Below are positions 1-14,000 of a stretch of 64,000 nt of DNA, piece by piece. The DNA comes from Intoshia linei. Its lineage: Eukaryota > Animalia > Orthonectida. The stretch lies in assembly GCA_001642005.1 (NCBI GenBank), contig LWCA01000036.1:6068-70067 (forward strand), read 5' to 3'. The notes under the pieces are model-generated. The model was not told the origin of the DNA. It made no database searches and was given only the letters and a program-made list of their open reading frames with translations. Made by a program: the position numbers and the translations under genes. How positions within the stretch are numbered: position 1 is the first letter of the stretch; every line of letters begins with the position of its first letter.

Positions 1-803
1 AATCGCGTAGCATACTATATAAGTAAGGATATCTAATAGTCAAAATTTCAGTTAACAAAAAAGAATCATTTTTGAAAAATGGCTAAAATTGGTATACACA
101 TGAAATGTGTATGTCATACACCCAACTTTTTGATAAATTAATTGTAATACAGATTGATTAAAAAATAATTAACTTTAAATTAAAATTAACTTAATTTTGT
201 TCGACCAATAACTATCGAAAAAAATAAAGGTGTATATAGATTTTTGCAACAGTATTATAATTAACAACATCGTTTTTAATTAATATAATCAAATTCTGTG
301 AATACCTGTCTACTTTTTAACATTTTTAGTAAATTTGTACATTTGTATAGAAATAAAAAAAAAAAATATTTAAAGCATATTCGTACTTCCTTCGTCAAAA
401 ATGATATATGTAACTTTTAGACAATTTGAATATAAACCATATATGTATCAAATTGGCATATATAGTGTATAAAAAATAAACATTTTCAGTCTAACACGGG
501 CCGCAATTTGTCAATAGCAATTCTACATGTCTGTCTTTTAATACAAAATAGATTAATATGACCTAGAATACTGTATATTTTCCCGGTGACTTCATAAATA
601 ATTGCTAGATATAATTATTTCAAAATTGACCCCGTCAGAAGACTACATTGTCATCATGATCGTTGATCTTAAAAAAATCAATTTTTTTAATATTAAAATA
701 TAAGGAATGCTTATTCAAATAATTATTTGCCTACACAAAAACGGCTGCCCGTGTCTTTATAATATTTAAATACAACAGAAATTAAAATGATCAAAAATTT
801 TAC

Positions 804-938
804 ACTTTTAACTAGTTTATAAGCTACAGTTAGAATGTCATTGAACGTAGAATCCATACTAATGGGAATTTTTTCAGAACCAAACTGTACGCATACATCA
901 TAATCAATAGATAATTGTGTCAAAGATTTTGAATTCAT
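804..938 (-). CDS. Possible first exon of an unidentified gene, with weak resemblance to the protein kinase D N-terminal ubiquitin-like region
   Basis: ATG at 938 reads MNSKSLTQLSIDYDVCVQFGSEKIPISMDSTFNDILTVAYKLVKS, followed by GTAAAA and AT-rich intron-like sequence. No clean downstream exon found; a stop-bounded YGLYS...FDEGSTNML stretch lies at about 370-445. Confidence 0.25.
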
Positions 939-1246
939 TGTATTTTATTCTAAATGAGTAATGTGACTTGATGCAATATTTGATAATATAAACTGTTAAT
1001 ATAAATATTTACTTTATGCCACCTTCAGAAACATAAATATACTTATATATTAAAGATATAAAGTAGATTTTCAACTTAAAAATAAAATGTGTAAATATTA
1101 AACAATAAAAATTGATTTTGATTATTGATTTTGATAATCTCGATACTCGATTTATAAATTTATCAATTTTCATGCATAACAGATTGTATAACTAAATACA
1201 TTAAACATACTTGTATCCTTAGAATAAATTTACATTTTTAGATATT

Positions 1247-4200
1247 ATGTCTATTTTTAATATTGAATTTTATCTTTTTTATGGAAATTTTCTCCTTAAT
1301 ATTTGTAGTATTCAAAAACCCAATATAATCTTTTACTTGGCTGATGATTTGGGATATGGTGATTTATCATCTTATGGGCATCCCACTCAAGACGAAAATG
1401 TCATTGATTTTATGGCTAATCATGGGATTAAGTTTACTTCCATGTACAGCGTTGCCACCTTTTGTACTCCGAGTAGATCAGCCATTTTAACAGGTTAATT
1501 GCTATTTTAGGCATTTTATAAAGTCATTAATTGATATCAATCTTTTCAAATACTGTCACTGTTTGTATTTTGAAGATTAATATATTATAAATTATCTACT
1601 TCAGTGATTCTTAAACTGAGATACTTCCAGTTTTGAGTGGTTGGAATTCATTTATTAACCTTTTCACTGTCTGATGCAATTTTATGTACTATCACCACAC
1701 GTCTGGAATTTAGGTTTTAATTTAAACTAGTATTATTTTTAAATTACCTATGTGAAAATGTATGAAAATAAAATAATAAAGTTTTTCAAAATTATGCTGT
1801 GTATATTATAGAATACACAGACGTGAAGTGAAATTGCTGTGTATAGTATAGATTCTATACTATAGAATACACAGACAGTGAAAGGGTTAAGTATCAAATC
1901 ATTTGCAAATGATAAAATTTATAATTGTTTCTTGATAAAGAAAGCGTTAATTTTTGAGATTGATTTTTTATGGCTATAACTATTTTAAACTTCTAGGAGT
2001 CGGTTTTTTCATTTTGCAAAATAATGGATTATTTGAGGTTTTAACAATGAAGATTCAAATTTCAGAAAGTAAAATTTTGATACTATAAATCACATTTCAT
2101 GAAAAACTGTATTAAAACTTGTATGTTTTAAATTGAGGGCTCTAGTTTTTTAATTTTTAAATTAAGTAATTTGAAGTTTTGCCTAGAAAAAATTGAATGG
2201 AATTTTTTTAAATATTTGGGACAGTGTTTTTTAAATAAATGGTTACATATGATAATGATTGGTATAATGATAAGCATTTAATATACAGGATAACAAAATT
2301 TCAGGTGTTGGTGACCGAAAAGGTTGATTTATCTTTAAAGTATAACATTTTTAGGTATTCAACCCAATAGATATGGGATGAATGGTCCATCTCAAGTCCA
2401 TTTACCATTTAAAAATTTTGGATTACCGAGAGACATAATGACGATACCAAAACACCTTCAAAATAATAATTATTATACAGGCATGATTGGTAAATGGCAT
2501 TTAGGTATCAACAAATATAATTCTTCGGATGGGTATTATTTGCCAAAACACTATGGATTTAATTATGTTGGATACAACTTACCATTTACATTAAATCGTC
2601 TTTGTGACCAGGAAAATGTAAATATCTATTAATTTATAAGCATATACAATTGACGTCACATTTCCAAATCATTTTTCGTCCTCCCACAGATTACTAATCA
2701 CTCGTTTTAAATTTTAAATAAAATTGAAATTTACGAAATACAAGGGTATGTCAGTTTTACTCAACCGCAGTACCCTAAAAATATTTTCGATGATTACATG
2801 TATACTAAATGGATATCGAATTTATCGAGCTATTTTTATCGATACAAAATATAAAATCTAAACTAACATAATTTATAAATTAAATCATTACCGAACCTAA
2901 CTATCTACAAAGGGGTTCGACGAAATTTTTGCAAAAATGGGGGCATCACTTTTCCGAATTTTTTCATTTTTAATTTTAATCCAACATTTGAAAAATATTG
3001 GTTAATAAAATATTAAAAATTATTTTTCACCGGGAATGCGTAGATTTCTGGGGTTAAAATTGTGTGTTTATATCAACTGGAATAAGCTGTATCAGAATAA
3101 TCTATATTTTTAATTGTAGGAACGTTAATTATTTCAAATTTTTTGTTTTATTAAAATAGTTTCGAAATAAAAAAAAATGAATACTAAAGTGCTTTTTTGA
3201 CCACGAATCGTCACTTAATGAGCTGAAATTTTTTTGTGTGTTAACTGGATATAACTGTATCATTCGTAATTTTTTTAAATTCTAGGGCTGTTTTCATTAA
3301 AAAAAGAAGGGTAATTTGGGGTTTTGACCTTGAAGATATAATTTTTTTAAATTTAAATTTATGATAATATTTATGATTTTAAAATCCGTATCAGCTTATA
3401 TATTTTTTTAAATTCTCCAACTCGTTTGATTTTCAACAAAAAGGACAATTGGGATTTTTGACCCGTAAGATGTGAGTTTGAAAGGTTGAAATTTATCTTA
3501 TTATACGTCCAGGAAAAAACTGTAATTGAAATGTGAACTTTATAAAATTCTAAGACTGGTAGTTATTTCAATAAAATGGAACACACACACAAAAAAAAAA
3601 AAGCGTAGCATATTACATAAGTAAGGATGATATTTTGAATGCAAATTTGCATTCGTTTTATTTTATTGTTAAAATATTCAATGCAAATTGGAATCATTTT
3701 AGCTGTAGGTTTAAAGGTGGTTACAAATTAATTCTTTCTCCCTCCTACCTAAAACCCCACTTATCCACGTTAGATAAATATAAAAGAAATCCAAAATGAT
3801 TGGAAAAGCGACTAATTTAATTGAAAATATATGATTAACAAATTATTTATACTTGAATAGTATTATGTGTCTAAACCCAACAATTCTTTTTCGTTCATGT
3901 ATTACGCAGACGATATTGTTGAACAACCTATTGATACAAAAACACTGACCAATCGATTGATTGATGATGCCATCAATTTTTTGTATCGTTATTTAGATAA
4001 AACAGACAAAAAAGACAATTTTTTCCTTTATTTCAGTTTCCCCCAACCCCATGCATCAATTTTTAATAATGATCAATTCAAATACACATCGAAAAGAGGT
4101 AATTTAATACAGTAAAATATTTTATGTCATATTTATCAATTTTTTAATCTTCTTGGTCTCTTTAGGAAGATATGGAGATCAAATCAACGAAATGGCATAT

Positions 4201-5432
4201 GCCATTGAAAAAGTAGAGTCATTTTTAAAAAAACACGAATTGTACCAAAATACATTGAGAATATTCTCGTCAGATCACGGTGCCGATGTTTTACTTGGTC
4301 CACAAGGTGGTAATAATGGTTTATTACGAGGTATTTAAAGTTTACTATATATTGTCTTCTATCAATTTAAATTTGTCTCAATTTGTAGTAGACAGTATCT
4401 AAGTTTGTCTCTGGTATGTTTGCAATTATTAATACTTCACTTTAATATTTCACTAAAAATATCACGTATTTAGTTGCAAACATACCAAATTGATTAAAGA
4501 ACTTTTTCACGAAAATTCCACCCAAAAATCCGATTTTATCAAATGTGAAAAACCATAAAATTTTAACCACTCTTAAAAGCACCTCATTTATACAATTCAT
4601 GAATGATTGAGTTTAAAAAAGATGAATTAACGAAAATTATGAAATTATTTATTAAAAATCAATTATAATTATAATTTTTAATCCAAAAATCAAGATTTAT
4701 CGGGTGCAATGTTCGTTAGAAAAATCACAATATGTATCTAATTTAAAAGGTTCAAAGTCAGACTATTGGGATGGAGGATTACGAGTACCATTTATATTTT
4801 ATTGGCCGAAATATATAAAAAAATTTCAAATTATTAGAAAGCCATTTTCTCTCTTGGACATATTTCCAACAATATCAACTATAATAAACAAAAAAAACCC
4901 AGAAATAAAACATGATGGAAAATCAATTTTAAAAAAATTGACATTAAATTTCTCAGATTTGTCTATTAATAATAACGAGGATCCAATACTATTTTATTGT
5001 CATCAAATGTTAATTGCTGCTAGATACAAAAGATTTAAATTTTATTTTTACAATCCTACTGGGACAATTGCAAAACTGTTTGATTCAATGAAATTAAATA
5101 ATAAAACTAAAAATACAAAAAATGAAAACATTAAAAACTTTCATAACTTGAACCAAAATTATATCAAATCATGTTCAGAAATGAAAAAATTGGAAAATAT
5201 TAAAATATACGATGTTGATAATAATCCTTCTGAAAATTTTGCTATTGAAATGGACGAATATCAAAAAAATGTATATTTAAAAGATATTGATAATTTTATC
5301 AAAAAAAAAGAAAAATTGTTTGAAAATGTCAATTTTACATTAGAATCTCATATAGTTTCTAAAAAATTCATACCATGTTGTGGACCCGACTGTTATTCTA
5401 AAACGTTTTATGCAAAATGTAATATTAATTAA
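1247..5432 (+). CDS. Arylsulfatase (formylglycine-dependent S1 family, ARSA/GALNS-like), 5 exons
   Basis: Exons 1247-1493, 2355-2617, 3861-4098, 4166-4330, 4750-5432, all GT-AG with consistent phase. Motifs: [17 protein letters not shown], catalytic [39 protein letters not shown]-terminal PCC. Start codon uncertain. Confidence 0.93.
1659..1886. mobile_element. piggyBac-type MITE in sulfatase intron 1
   Basis: TIRs CCTTTTCACTGTCTG / CAGACAGTGAAAGGG with TTAA on both sides (1655-1658, 1887-1890). Internal ~40-bp duplication. A related left end is at 61744. Confidence 0.85.
2960..3591 (+). repeat. Interspersed repeat family B (up to ~1 kb, ~130-bp internal subrepeats)
   Basis: Near-colinear with 57540-58163. 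Partial copies at about 7600-7950, 17340-17760 (-), 36800-37380 (-), 40680-40850, 45340-45740 (-). TTTTGACC(n)GAAG-like motif recurs every ~130 bp. Confidence 0.85.
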
Positions 5433-5486
5433 AAATAAAACAGGGTTTGTTCTGACTATTGTTCTGACGTTCGTTATTTCTATCAA

Positions 5487-5702
5487 CAGGGTCGTGGTAG
5501 CAAACAGTGTGTTGGGGTCACATAAAAATTAAATTTGTACAAATAGAAAAATTAATACGATATCGTGTGCCCGGTCGGGTTATTTACTCTTTTATGTATT
5601 GATTAATATAACATACTTTTAACACTATGAAATTTTTTTTATAACATTACTTATTAACTTAGAATATTAGGCCCATCATATGCCACCCACTCTACGGCTC
5701 TG
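5487..5702. mobile_element. hAT-type MITE
   Basis: Imperfect TIRs CAGGGTCGTGG / CTACGGCTCTG; 8-bp TSD TCTATCAA / TTTATCAA. Confidence 0.7.
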
Positions 5703-6046
5703 TTTATCAACATCTTAAAATTAAATGTATTGTTAGTAATGGTCAATGATCATTGAATCATTAAATATTTTAACATGTAAATCTAATTTCGCATCGACCC
5801 AGGTAAGATATGTTTATACGATGACAAATAAAATAATGGAACGATAACAATTACATATTAAAGTCAAAACGTTTTGAGTTCAATTTGAAACATACAACTT
5901 ACCAACAATTAAATATACTTTTAATGTTGATATGAAAAAATCAAGTCACCAATGAAAATAAATAGAGATATTTATTTTTATGTAACAACATATAAACATT
6001 TATACATAAAAAAAGAATTTTTTTTAATTTCAACAAAACAAATATA

Positions 6047-8798
6047 ATGGATGAAGCAAATTTAAACATTGCAATAGAAAAAACTAAAGATGAAATGTCT
6101 AAAATAATAAATAAACCCAAAATGACGCCAAAATTACTTTCAAAACCGCCTTTTAGATTCATCCACGACATAGTTACAAATGTAATGCAATATAAATAAA
6201 TTTTCGAATTATAATTGATTAAACGTAGATTAATGTGATCACTGGAATCTTTAAAAACGTTTCCTTTACAGAATTTGAACTTCACTCTCAAAATATGAAA
6301 AATCGAGAAGACAAGATTAATTTTTTGAAAAAACTTTTTTTGTTCATTGGTAATGAAACAATTTACTAATCTTACGAGTAGGGGAAAGTTTTACAGTAGC
6401 CTATCAATGAAAAAAATTTATAAAAAAATCTCTACTACCTTTTTTAATTATAAATAAAAACATTAGATAACCCATTTTATTTTGGTAGGACCAAAAATTA
6501 TTTTACATTAAAAAAGGTCGGATAACTAAATTTAATTACAATATGCATCTGATACATTCCACATGTATTTTATATGATTTTATAACTCATTTAATGATTT
6601 CAAAAATAGAAGAAACTACAAACGAAAAAGTTGTATGCCGACCTTCCAAACTTGTGGCCGGTTTGGAGCCAAATCAAACAAATATAATGCTACAACAAAT
6701 TTGTAAATGCATAAACATTATACAGGTAAATATTTAGCATCAAAAATTAATTAATATCATTTAGAATGCTGAAAGCATTCAAAGAAATGAAATAACAAAG
6801 GAACCAACTCAAAAAGATAGAATGGTTCGTCCTACGTCGGCTAAAGGTATACGCCATAGAAAAAATGATAGAGGTAATTACATTTAAAAAATTTAACTTG
6901 GCATTAAAATGCATTGAAAACCCTGTTGATTGTATTTATTTTATTATTAGTGTCAGATTCACATCAACCCGAAAAGGTAATAAAATCAACAATGGAATCT
7001 GTACCCGTAACAGTAAATAAACTGAATATTGATGTTGCTAATGAAAGTCCAAAAAAAGATGCACAAGAAAAAAGAAAATCAAAAAATGAAAAACTAGAAA
7101 CAAATATCATTTCAACTTCGAATGAAATGTTATTATCAGAACAAACCAATGTTTCAAGAAATCAATCAGCCAGTAAACCCTATAAAATGGCTAAATCGCC
7201 AGCAAAAAATGAATCAACGTGGTAATTTATTAACTTATTTTGGTTTTACATTTGTATTATAATTTTTAACTAGGAAAAAACCACAAATAATTTCAGATAT
7301 CAAAGATGATGAAAATGGGATGAATGATTCAGAAGATGAAATAGATTACAATTTAAAATCAGGAGAAACGAACGTAAATAATTTTTTTTATTTTATTTTA
7401 ATGAATTAATGATTGAAATTAATATTTCTAGATCATTGGTCTCAACGCTTGCCAAGGGGCGATTTTCTAAAATAGGGGGTGATTTTTCTATATTATTTCA
7501 CAAAATACATAATTTAAAAAAATTTTTCAATATTTTAACATATCAACAAATCCAATGTCAAAAACATATAAAAAGAGTTAATATAGTATAAATTTGTCAC
7601 AATCTTAACATTAATACAATTTCCCATTGATATCAGACATTTTTATAAAATTTCTAAAATATTTTTATTTTTAAAAAAAAAATTATTTGTGGTTTTGACC
7701 ATGAAGTGTCCGTTTCTGAGGCTGAGATTTACGACAATGTTAATGATTTTAAAACGCGTCCCAGAATTTATGTTTTATTAAATTTATGGATGATTTTATT
7801 TTTAAACAAAAGGTAAAATTGGGTTTTTGACCGAAGGACTCAAATTCGGAAACTGAAAAATAGATATCAACACTCCCTGGGAAAAATTGTCTTAGAAATT
7901 AGGTTTTTTAAATCTACTTCTGTTAATTTTTTAAATATACGGTAACACATACAGATATTCAATTTTATATAAATAAAAAATTATAATTTATAATTCATTA
8001 TTATGGAGGAGTGATTTAAAAAAATATGTGCGAATTATTGGTTTAGGGATCGTAACAAAATTAGCCCATAGAAAACAAAAAATTAAAGTTGAAACAATAA
8101 AAATTGTAAATTGGCTTTATTTTATCTCGTGTCGGTATACGGTACAGAGCCCTGCAGTGTGTGCGTACCAGATACGGACGGAGAAATTATTTTTAAAAGA
8201 GAACCGGGAAATTTCGGCCGGTTCAGGTTCTCTAGGCGGAACTGTGTATGACTAAAAAAAAATTTCATATAAAAATTAAAAAAGTTTATTAGAAAATACA
8301 AAACGACCCAGAAAACCACGGCAAATTGGTACAAGAAATTTTAGAAACACGAGAAGAGTTAATAAAAGATGAAAGCGTAATTACCACAAAAATAATAAAT
8401 ACTTTTAAAACTAGATTCAAGCCCAATCATTAAATTCAGTATCACAAAAAAGGTATAAGCAGCAAATTGAAAAACAAATGAAAATAGCAAAACAACAATT
8501 ACAAAAAACTACCAGATTAACCACAAATTTAGCAAAATCATTCGAGTATATACAAGAAGAGGCAGACATGATGAATGCAGAATTAGACTTTTGGAAAAAA
8601 GAAACAATTAAAAATATTAAATCATCAAAAGACCACAAACAATCTCCGGAAAATGAAACATTAAAATATATTAATGGAATTAAAGATTTGGATACCACTA
8701 TTATGGATTTAGAAAATTCTATAATCAGCAAAAAGAGAAATATACTTATAAACGATGAGACTATAAAATCATTAATTTTAGGTATTTGTAATAGATGA
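6047..8798 (+). CDS. TRAF3IP1: TRAF3-interacting protein 1 / intraflagellar transport protein 54 (MIP-T3), multi-exon
   Basis: Exon 6047-6181 MDEANLNIAIEKTKDEMSKIINKPKMTPKLLSKPPFRFIHDIVTN; exon 6229-6349; exon 6610-6725 RPSKLVAGLEPNQTNIMLQ; later HGKLVQEILET and a C-terminal coiled coil (FEYIQEEADMMNAELDFWKKE) ending at 8798. Confidence 0.92.
8125..8253. ncRNA. Candidate structured intronic RNA (two hairpins), class unknown
   Basis: GC-rich island in an AT-rich IFT54 intron. Hairpin 8125-8184 (about 18 bp with bulges), AT-rich linker, hairpin 8198-8233 (AGAGAACC/GGTTCTCT). Confidence 0.35.
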
Positions 8799-8936
8799 AT
8801 AAACATTGTTTTTAAATTTTTAAACAAAAATTAATAAATTAAGAATTATAATCATACAATTTTAAATCATGTTTGACAGGTATATATCCATTTTTTGTTA
8901 CATGTAATAAAAATAACAATTTTTTCAAGCACTAGG

Positions 8937-10531
8937 TATTAGCATTCCATAAATAATGTCTTTTTTAATAAATATCAGTTTTAATTAAATACCTTAAAAA
9001 TAATATTAACGAAATATTGACAATTATTTGACACAACTCTTCAACAATCTAGTAATTCATTTATTCCATTAGTCTAAAAACTGGCGTCTTGAATAAAAAG
9101 AAAAGGTTCAATGTCCAATTTTAATTAAATATTTGATGTTATTATTTTTTCCCATTTTAATGGTTTCTCATGGATTTAAATATGTAGTATGGTGGAAGTA
9201 GTAATATTTCATAATTTACGTCTTTTAGATATTCAGACCTTTTGAAAAATATAAGGTCAAGCATTATCATGCTGAATAATAATTTTACCTTTACGGAACT
9301 TTTGAGGTATTTTTTGGTAAATATTAAGATATAATTTTTCTAGACGGTCACAATTTGTCAGTATTAATGTTTCATTGTTCTTAAGAAATTCCCAATAGAT
9401 TCAAAAATCCATACCCCAAAGTAAACATAAAATATATAAAATTTTGGAAAATATTTAAGGATTTTTCTTATAAGATTTGGTAAAATCGTGTTTTTCAGAA
9501 AAATATTGGAAAAAGGTGATTTTTCCCTTAAATTAGGTTGGTAAAATTGGATTTTTTATTTTTAGTTTTTAATTAAGAAGTTGTTGCTCATAAGATTTAG
9601 TAAAATCGGATTTTTCCCTAAGAGTTTTAAATTTTATTAATGGTGCTAATGTGATAGTGCTTATTAATGGTGATAAAAGTGGGATTTTTGAAATAATAGT
9701 GTATCGGTCGTATGGGCTTTAGGATAAATTAACAACATCTGGTCACAGTAATAAATATTAAAAATTCTAAAATTAAAAAAAGTTGATAATTTTTTTTTAT
9801 ATTTTATTTGAATCTCACGGACCCAAGGAATATAGTTATGGAAATCCAGGGGCCCAGGGACCCCAATTGGGAACCACTGTATTAGTCGTTTTCTGAAATA
9901 ACCATTGTTTTGGTAAATTTGTGTTGTCCCATTTTTCATTTTACATCGGTTTAAATAATTTTCTATATAAATTATTCCGTTTTGAGTCTGTTCAACGATA
10001 AATTACATATATATTGATCCTGTTTAATGCATTCAGATATATCAATAAATGAGGAACCCATATTTCTCATTGGTTGACTTTGTATGTTATGATAAAATGT
10101 GCATGTTTGAATTAGAGATTTTATTAATTCCCCTTTTATTCCATCTAATCTAACAGTCAATTAAATCTAACAGTATAAACCTACTGGAACGTTGGACATC
10201 TTCTGGGTTATAATTTTTTTGGTAAAACATCAATAACCACATTTTAATTTTTAGTAGATTAATACCATCTTTGTCATACACATTTTACATATTTTCATAA
10301 GATTATGATACGTTACACCCCCATGGAGGCATATAATAAAATCCAACTATTTTCGCCAAAACGTAATTATAAATATATCTTGGTTATGGTAAATTACTCT
10401 GGCATAGAAAAACATGTTTGCATAATTCGCAAAAAAATAAATAAATAATGCAACGCCAGTAAATATTCATAAAGATAGTGATTTATAATAAAATTGCAAG
10501 AAAAACAACATTACATATGGAACAAACTGAT
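8937..10531 (-). mobile_element. Degenerate mariner (Tc1/mariner DD34D-like) transposon with a nested MITE
   Basis: Minus-strand remnants: VYDKDG...W...FYQKNYNPEDVQRSSR (HTH/RSGR region), IIQHDNA*PY, YEILLLPPY. Imperfect TIRs TTCCATAAATAATGT (~8945) and ACATTACATATGGAA (~10508-10522). Multiple stops and frameshifts. Confidence 0.75.
9440..9879 (-). mobile_element. hAT-type MITE family A copy, nested in the mariner
   Basis: Terminus CAGTGGTTCCCAATTGGGGTCC on the minus strand; ~30-bp TTGGTAAAA subrepeats; homologous to 17034, 23640-24350, 25926-26401 and 39287. Confidence 0.8.
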
Positions 10532-11063
10532 TGAATTATATAATTTAAAATCAAATCCGGCCGCCGTTTGAGAAAATAATTAAATCATATGTACTAATAA
10601 TATAAAGTTGAGATTTGATTCGAAATTTGATAAGATAAGGTATAGTAGATAAAGCCTCACTTTTTCAAAATGTCCAAAAATTATTCGAAACGTTCTGTAT
10701 CTTATTTAACGAAAAGATAATTTGGTCCATAAGTTATATAAAGTTGAGATTGTTACAAAATTGACTTAATTTTTTATTCTTGTAATTATGATTCAATCAA
10801 AATAAATAAAAGTAAAAGTATTCTTATTTTTTAGATAAAAATGATTGATAATAAGAAATAGATAAAATATTATCGGTACAATAAATGTATAATTATTGCG
10901 CCAAATGAATTGAAAAAAATTTTATTAGTAATGGTTGCGAGACTACATTGAGATGAAATGAAAATGATCATGATAACAAGTGGCGCAATTTGAATATTGA
11001 TAACAGGTAATATTGTAAACTGTTTAAAATATTTGAATGTTATTGTAAATCTTAAATCAAGGT

Positions 11064-14000
11064 ATGCTATATTTGGAATTTGCAGAAAATTTATTAAAAA
11101 AGTACAATTTACGCAGCGGTAATTATATAACATTTTTATTGCGATATATTTACGATGATTTAAAACAATATAAATTATTTGTAAACTCAACTTTAACTCC
11201 CATCAATTCAAACATAAAAGAGGAGGATGTAAGAGTGGCAAACAAAATTGAAGAATTTTCAGATTTATTGGATTGGTTAAATTGTAAAAATATTTCTGAA
11301 ATTTTTTGGCAAGTTTTTTTACAAATGTTGCGAAACATTTTACCTGAATCTTGTATAAACGATTATGCCTATTTTGAATCTAATGTAAAATACAATTGTC
11401 AATACACAGTGTTAAATGATTTTGATCAAAATTTATTAATTTTTAACATTTTGTTTACTATGAAAAGGATAAATGTCTTGAACGTGTACCTTTCATTGAC
11501 TCATTTAAATATTTTTTTTCTCGACATGTTGAAAGTTTTTGAAACCTGTTCATTGGTTTGTAAATTTGAAGCATTGAAACTGACACATCAAATGGTGATT
11601 TACAAAAAGGATAATTTATTGAACAGAAACAAGGACATGTTATCACAAATGACCATGATTTGTATTAAAAATAAATTAATCAACGATGAAATGTTGATTA
11701 TTGTTACAGAAATTTATTTAAATTTAAATGACAAAAATTTTGCTTGTTTTTTAAAATTTTTGATAAATCATTTAAAAGAAATTTATAAAGATTTTTCTAA
11801 AAGCTATGTATGGGATTTGCTTTTGGTTTTATTTGATGAAAAATATATACACTTATTGAAAAATGTGGATGACTTTATGGAACAATCTTTAATTTGCATA
11901 TTGGAATATATTGAAGTTTCTCACCAATTTTTATTAATTGATTTAAAAATTTACACAATTATGACAAGTATTTTGAATAATTTTCAACCTGTAATGTTTA
12001 AAATGAAATGTTTTGAATTTTTAAATAATTTTTTTCAAGCTGAAACTTGTATTGATAATTATTATAAATTTTTAAAAAATGATTCTAAAAACATATTCAA
12101 TATATTGAAAATCCTTAAACAAACATGCCAAGATGATTCGGATCAATTGGACACTTTTAACGAAAAAATTTTAAATTTTATTAATTCTGAATTTGGTCTG
12201 AATCTGGATAAAATTTTATTTATCTTTTTAAATTTATACAAAATTGATAAAAAATATGTTATAGAATATAAAATTTATCAAAAATTTTTAAATTTACTCA
12301 TTCAACCTTGGAATTCTTGGAAACGTGATATTTCTGGAAATTCTTTACAAGAATCAAAATATATTTTGAATCAAGAAACCAATAAAAAATTTTATTTTTA
12401 TTTAATTGATGTATTTTTAATTTCATCTGAATCACCTCAATTGAAATTTAGAATAATGAAAAAGATATTTTTAGAGTCTAATGAAATTTCTCTAAAAATT
12501 ATAGAAAAATTGGCATTTTTAGTACCTGATGATGATTATCTAGTCAATTTTTTAAATGTTTTATTTTTTGAAAAAAATGTTAATTTTAATGAACCATTTT
12601 TTTCTCTTGTATCAAAATTTAATATTAAAGTCATCAATGTGAATGAATGCAAATATTTGTTATTTTTTATTAAAAATTTTTCATTTCGTCAATTTGATAA
12701 AAATGTTGATTTGATTATTTCAATAATTGATTCTCTATTACAAATTTACTATGAAAAATTTAAAACTGAAACTTTTTGCATTATTTCTATATTGAAAGGT
12801 ATAGTTGATTGTCCAAATTTGAACAATACTCAATTGGATAAAATTAAAATTATTTTAAAAAATATTGTGGATACGAGATTATCAAGTTTTGATTCTTCAA
12901 TATTTTCAAAATTTTCTAAAATTTGTTATCAATTTTTTAAACATTATACTTTAAAAAATGAATTTCAAAATGCCATGAATGAAATTCTTAATGATAAACT
13001 TTTATCTGATATTGAAGAATCAAATATACAGCAAGTTGAAAATGTTTTAATAATTATAAAACACATTACTTTTGTTTCAAAGGATGAATTTATTACTCTG
13101 TCTTGTTTGATGATAATTTTTACCACAATTACATCTTCTGAAACTATACTCATTTGTAGTTTAGCTTTAGATGTATTTCAGGATATTGTAAAAAGTTTAA
13201 ATCAAAGTTTAAAAAATATATTTTATCTCTATCAAGAAAATATATGTGAAATTTTGGCTTATGAAATAATTAAACATGTAAATTTACTAATTGACGATAA
13301 ATTTAATCAACACTTGAAAAATTATTTAATTCCTCCAGAATCAAAAAAGGATTTGTTGATTTTACTTGAATCTATAAATATCAATGAACAAGATTTATGT
13401 ACAAAAAAAATTTACTTAATAATTGATAAAATTAATTGTTCAATTTCAAATGCTGCAAATACGTTTAATTTTGATTTGAATGTTTTTAAAAACAAAATTA
13501 TGAAACATTATATTGCACCATTTTTTATTTCATTTGACAAAGAAATTGATATCTTTTATATTGATTTAATTTTAAAGCAAATATTTAATTTTACATTTAC
13601 AACTCAAGTCATTAGGGCTATCGGTAAAATTTTTGCGTATATACTTTGTTTTTCTAATGTAAACTGTCATTTAGAATTAATTGATAAAATTTGTAAAATT
13701 TCTAAACTTGAAATTAGTTATCTAGTGAAATGCTATTTTCAAACCATTTGTAATAATTTAATTCTGTTTCTCAGTTTAAAATATGATTCCGTTATAATTG
13801 GATTTAATACCCTGTATATTTTGTTGAAAACTGATGAAATATCAAAATTTAATTTTCAAAGTTTGATTAAAAATGAAATTATCGGAATTTTTTTTCATAT
13901 TGAAAATGCAATCATTGAATCCGACCAGTTGGAACATTCTCATTTATTGAAAAGTAATTATAAATCATTTTACATGTTTTTGGTATTGTTGGATTCTAAT

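Noticed and set aside
628-662. ATGATGA...CTGA (box C/D-like) on the minus strand
   Set aside because: The boxes are only 12 nt apart, with no terminal stem or recognisable guide.
5941-8827. Minus-strand ORFs 5941-6291, 6964-7149, 8122-8334, 8417-8827
   Set aside because: Antisense shadows of IFT54 exons or introns, with no motifs.
10270-10350. ICLHGG motif suggesting a PPP phosphatase exon
   Set aside because: Lies within the frameshifted N-terminus of the mariner remnant; no other PPP motifs.
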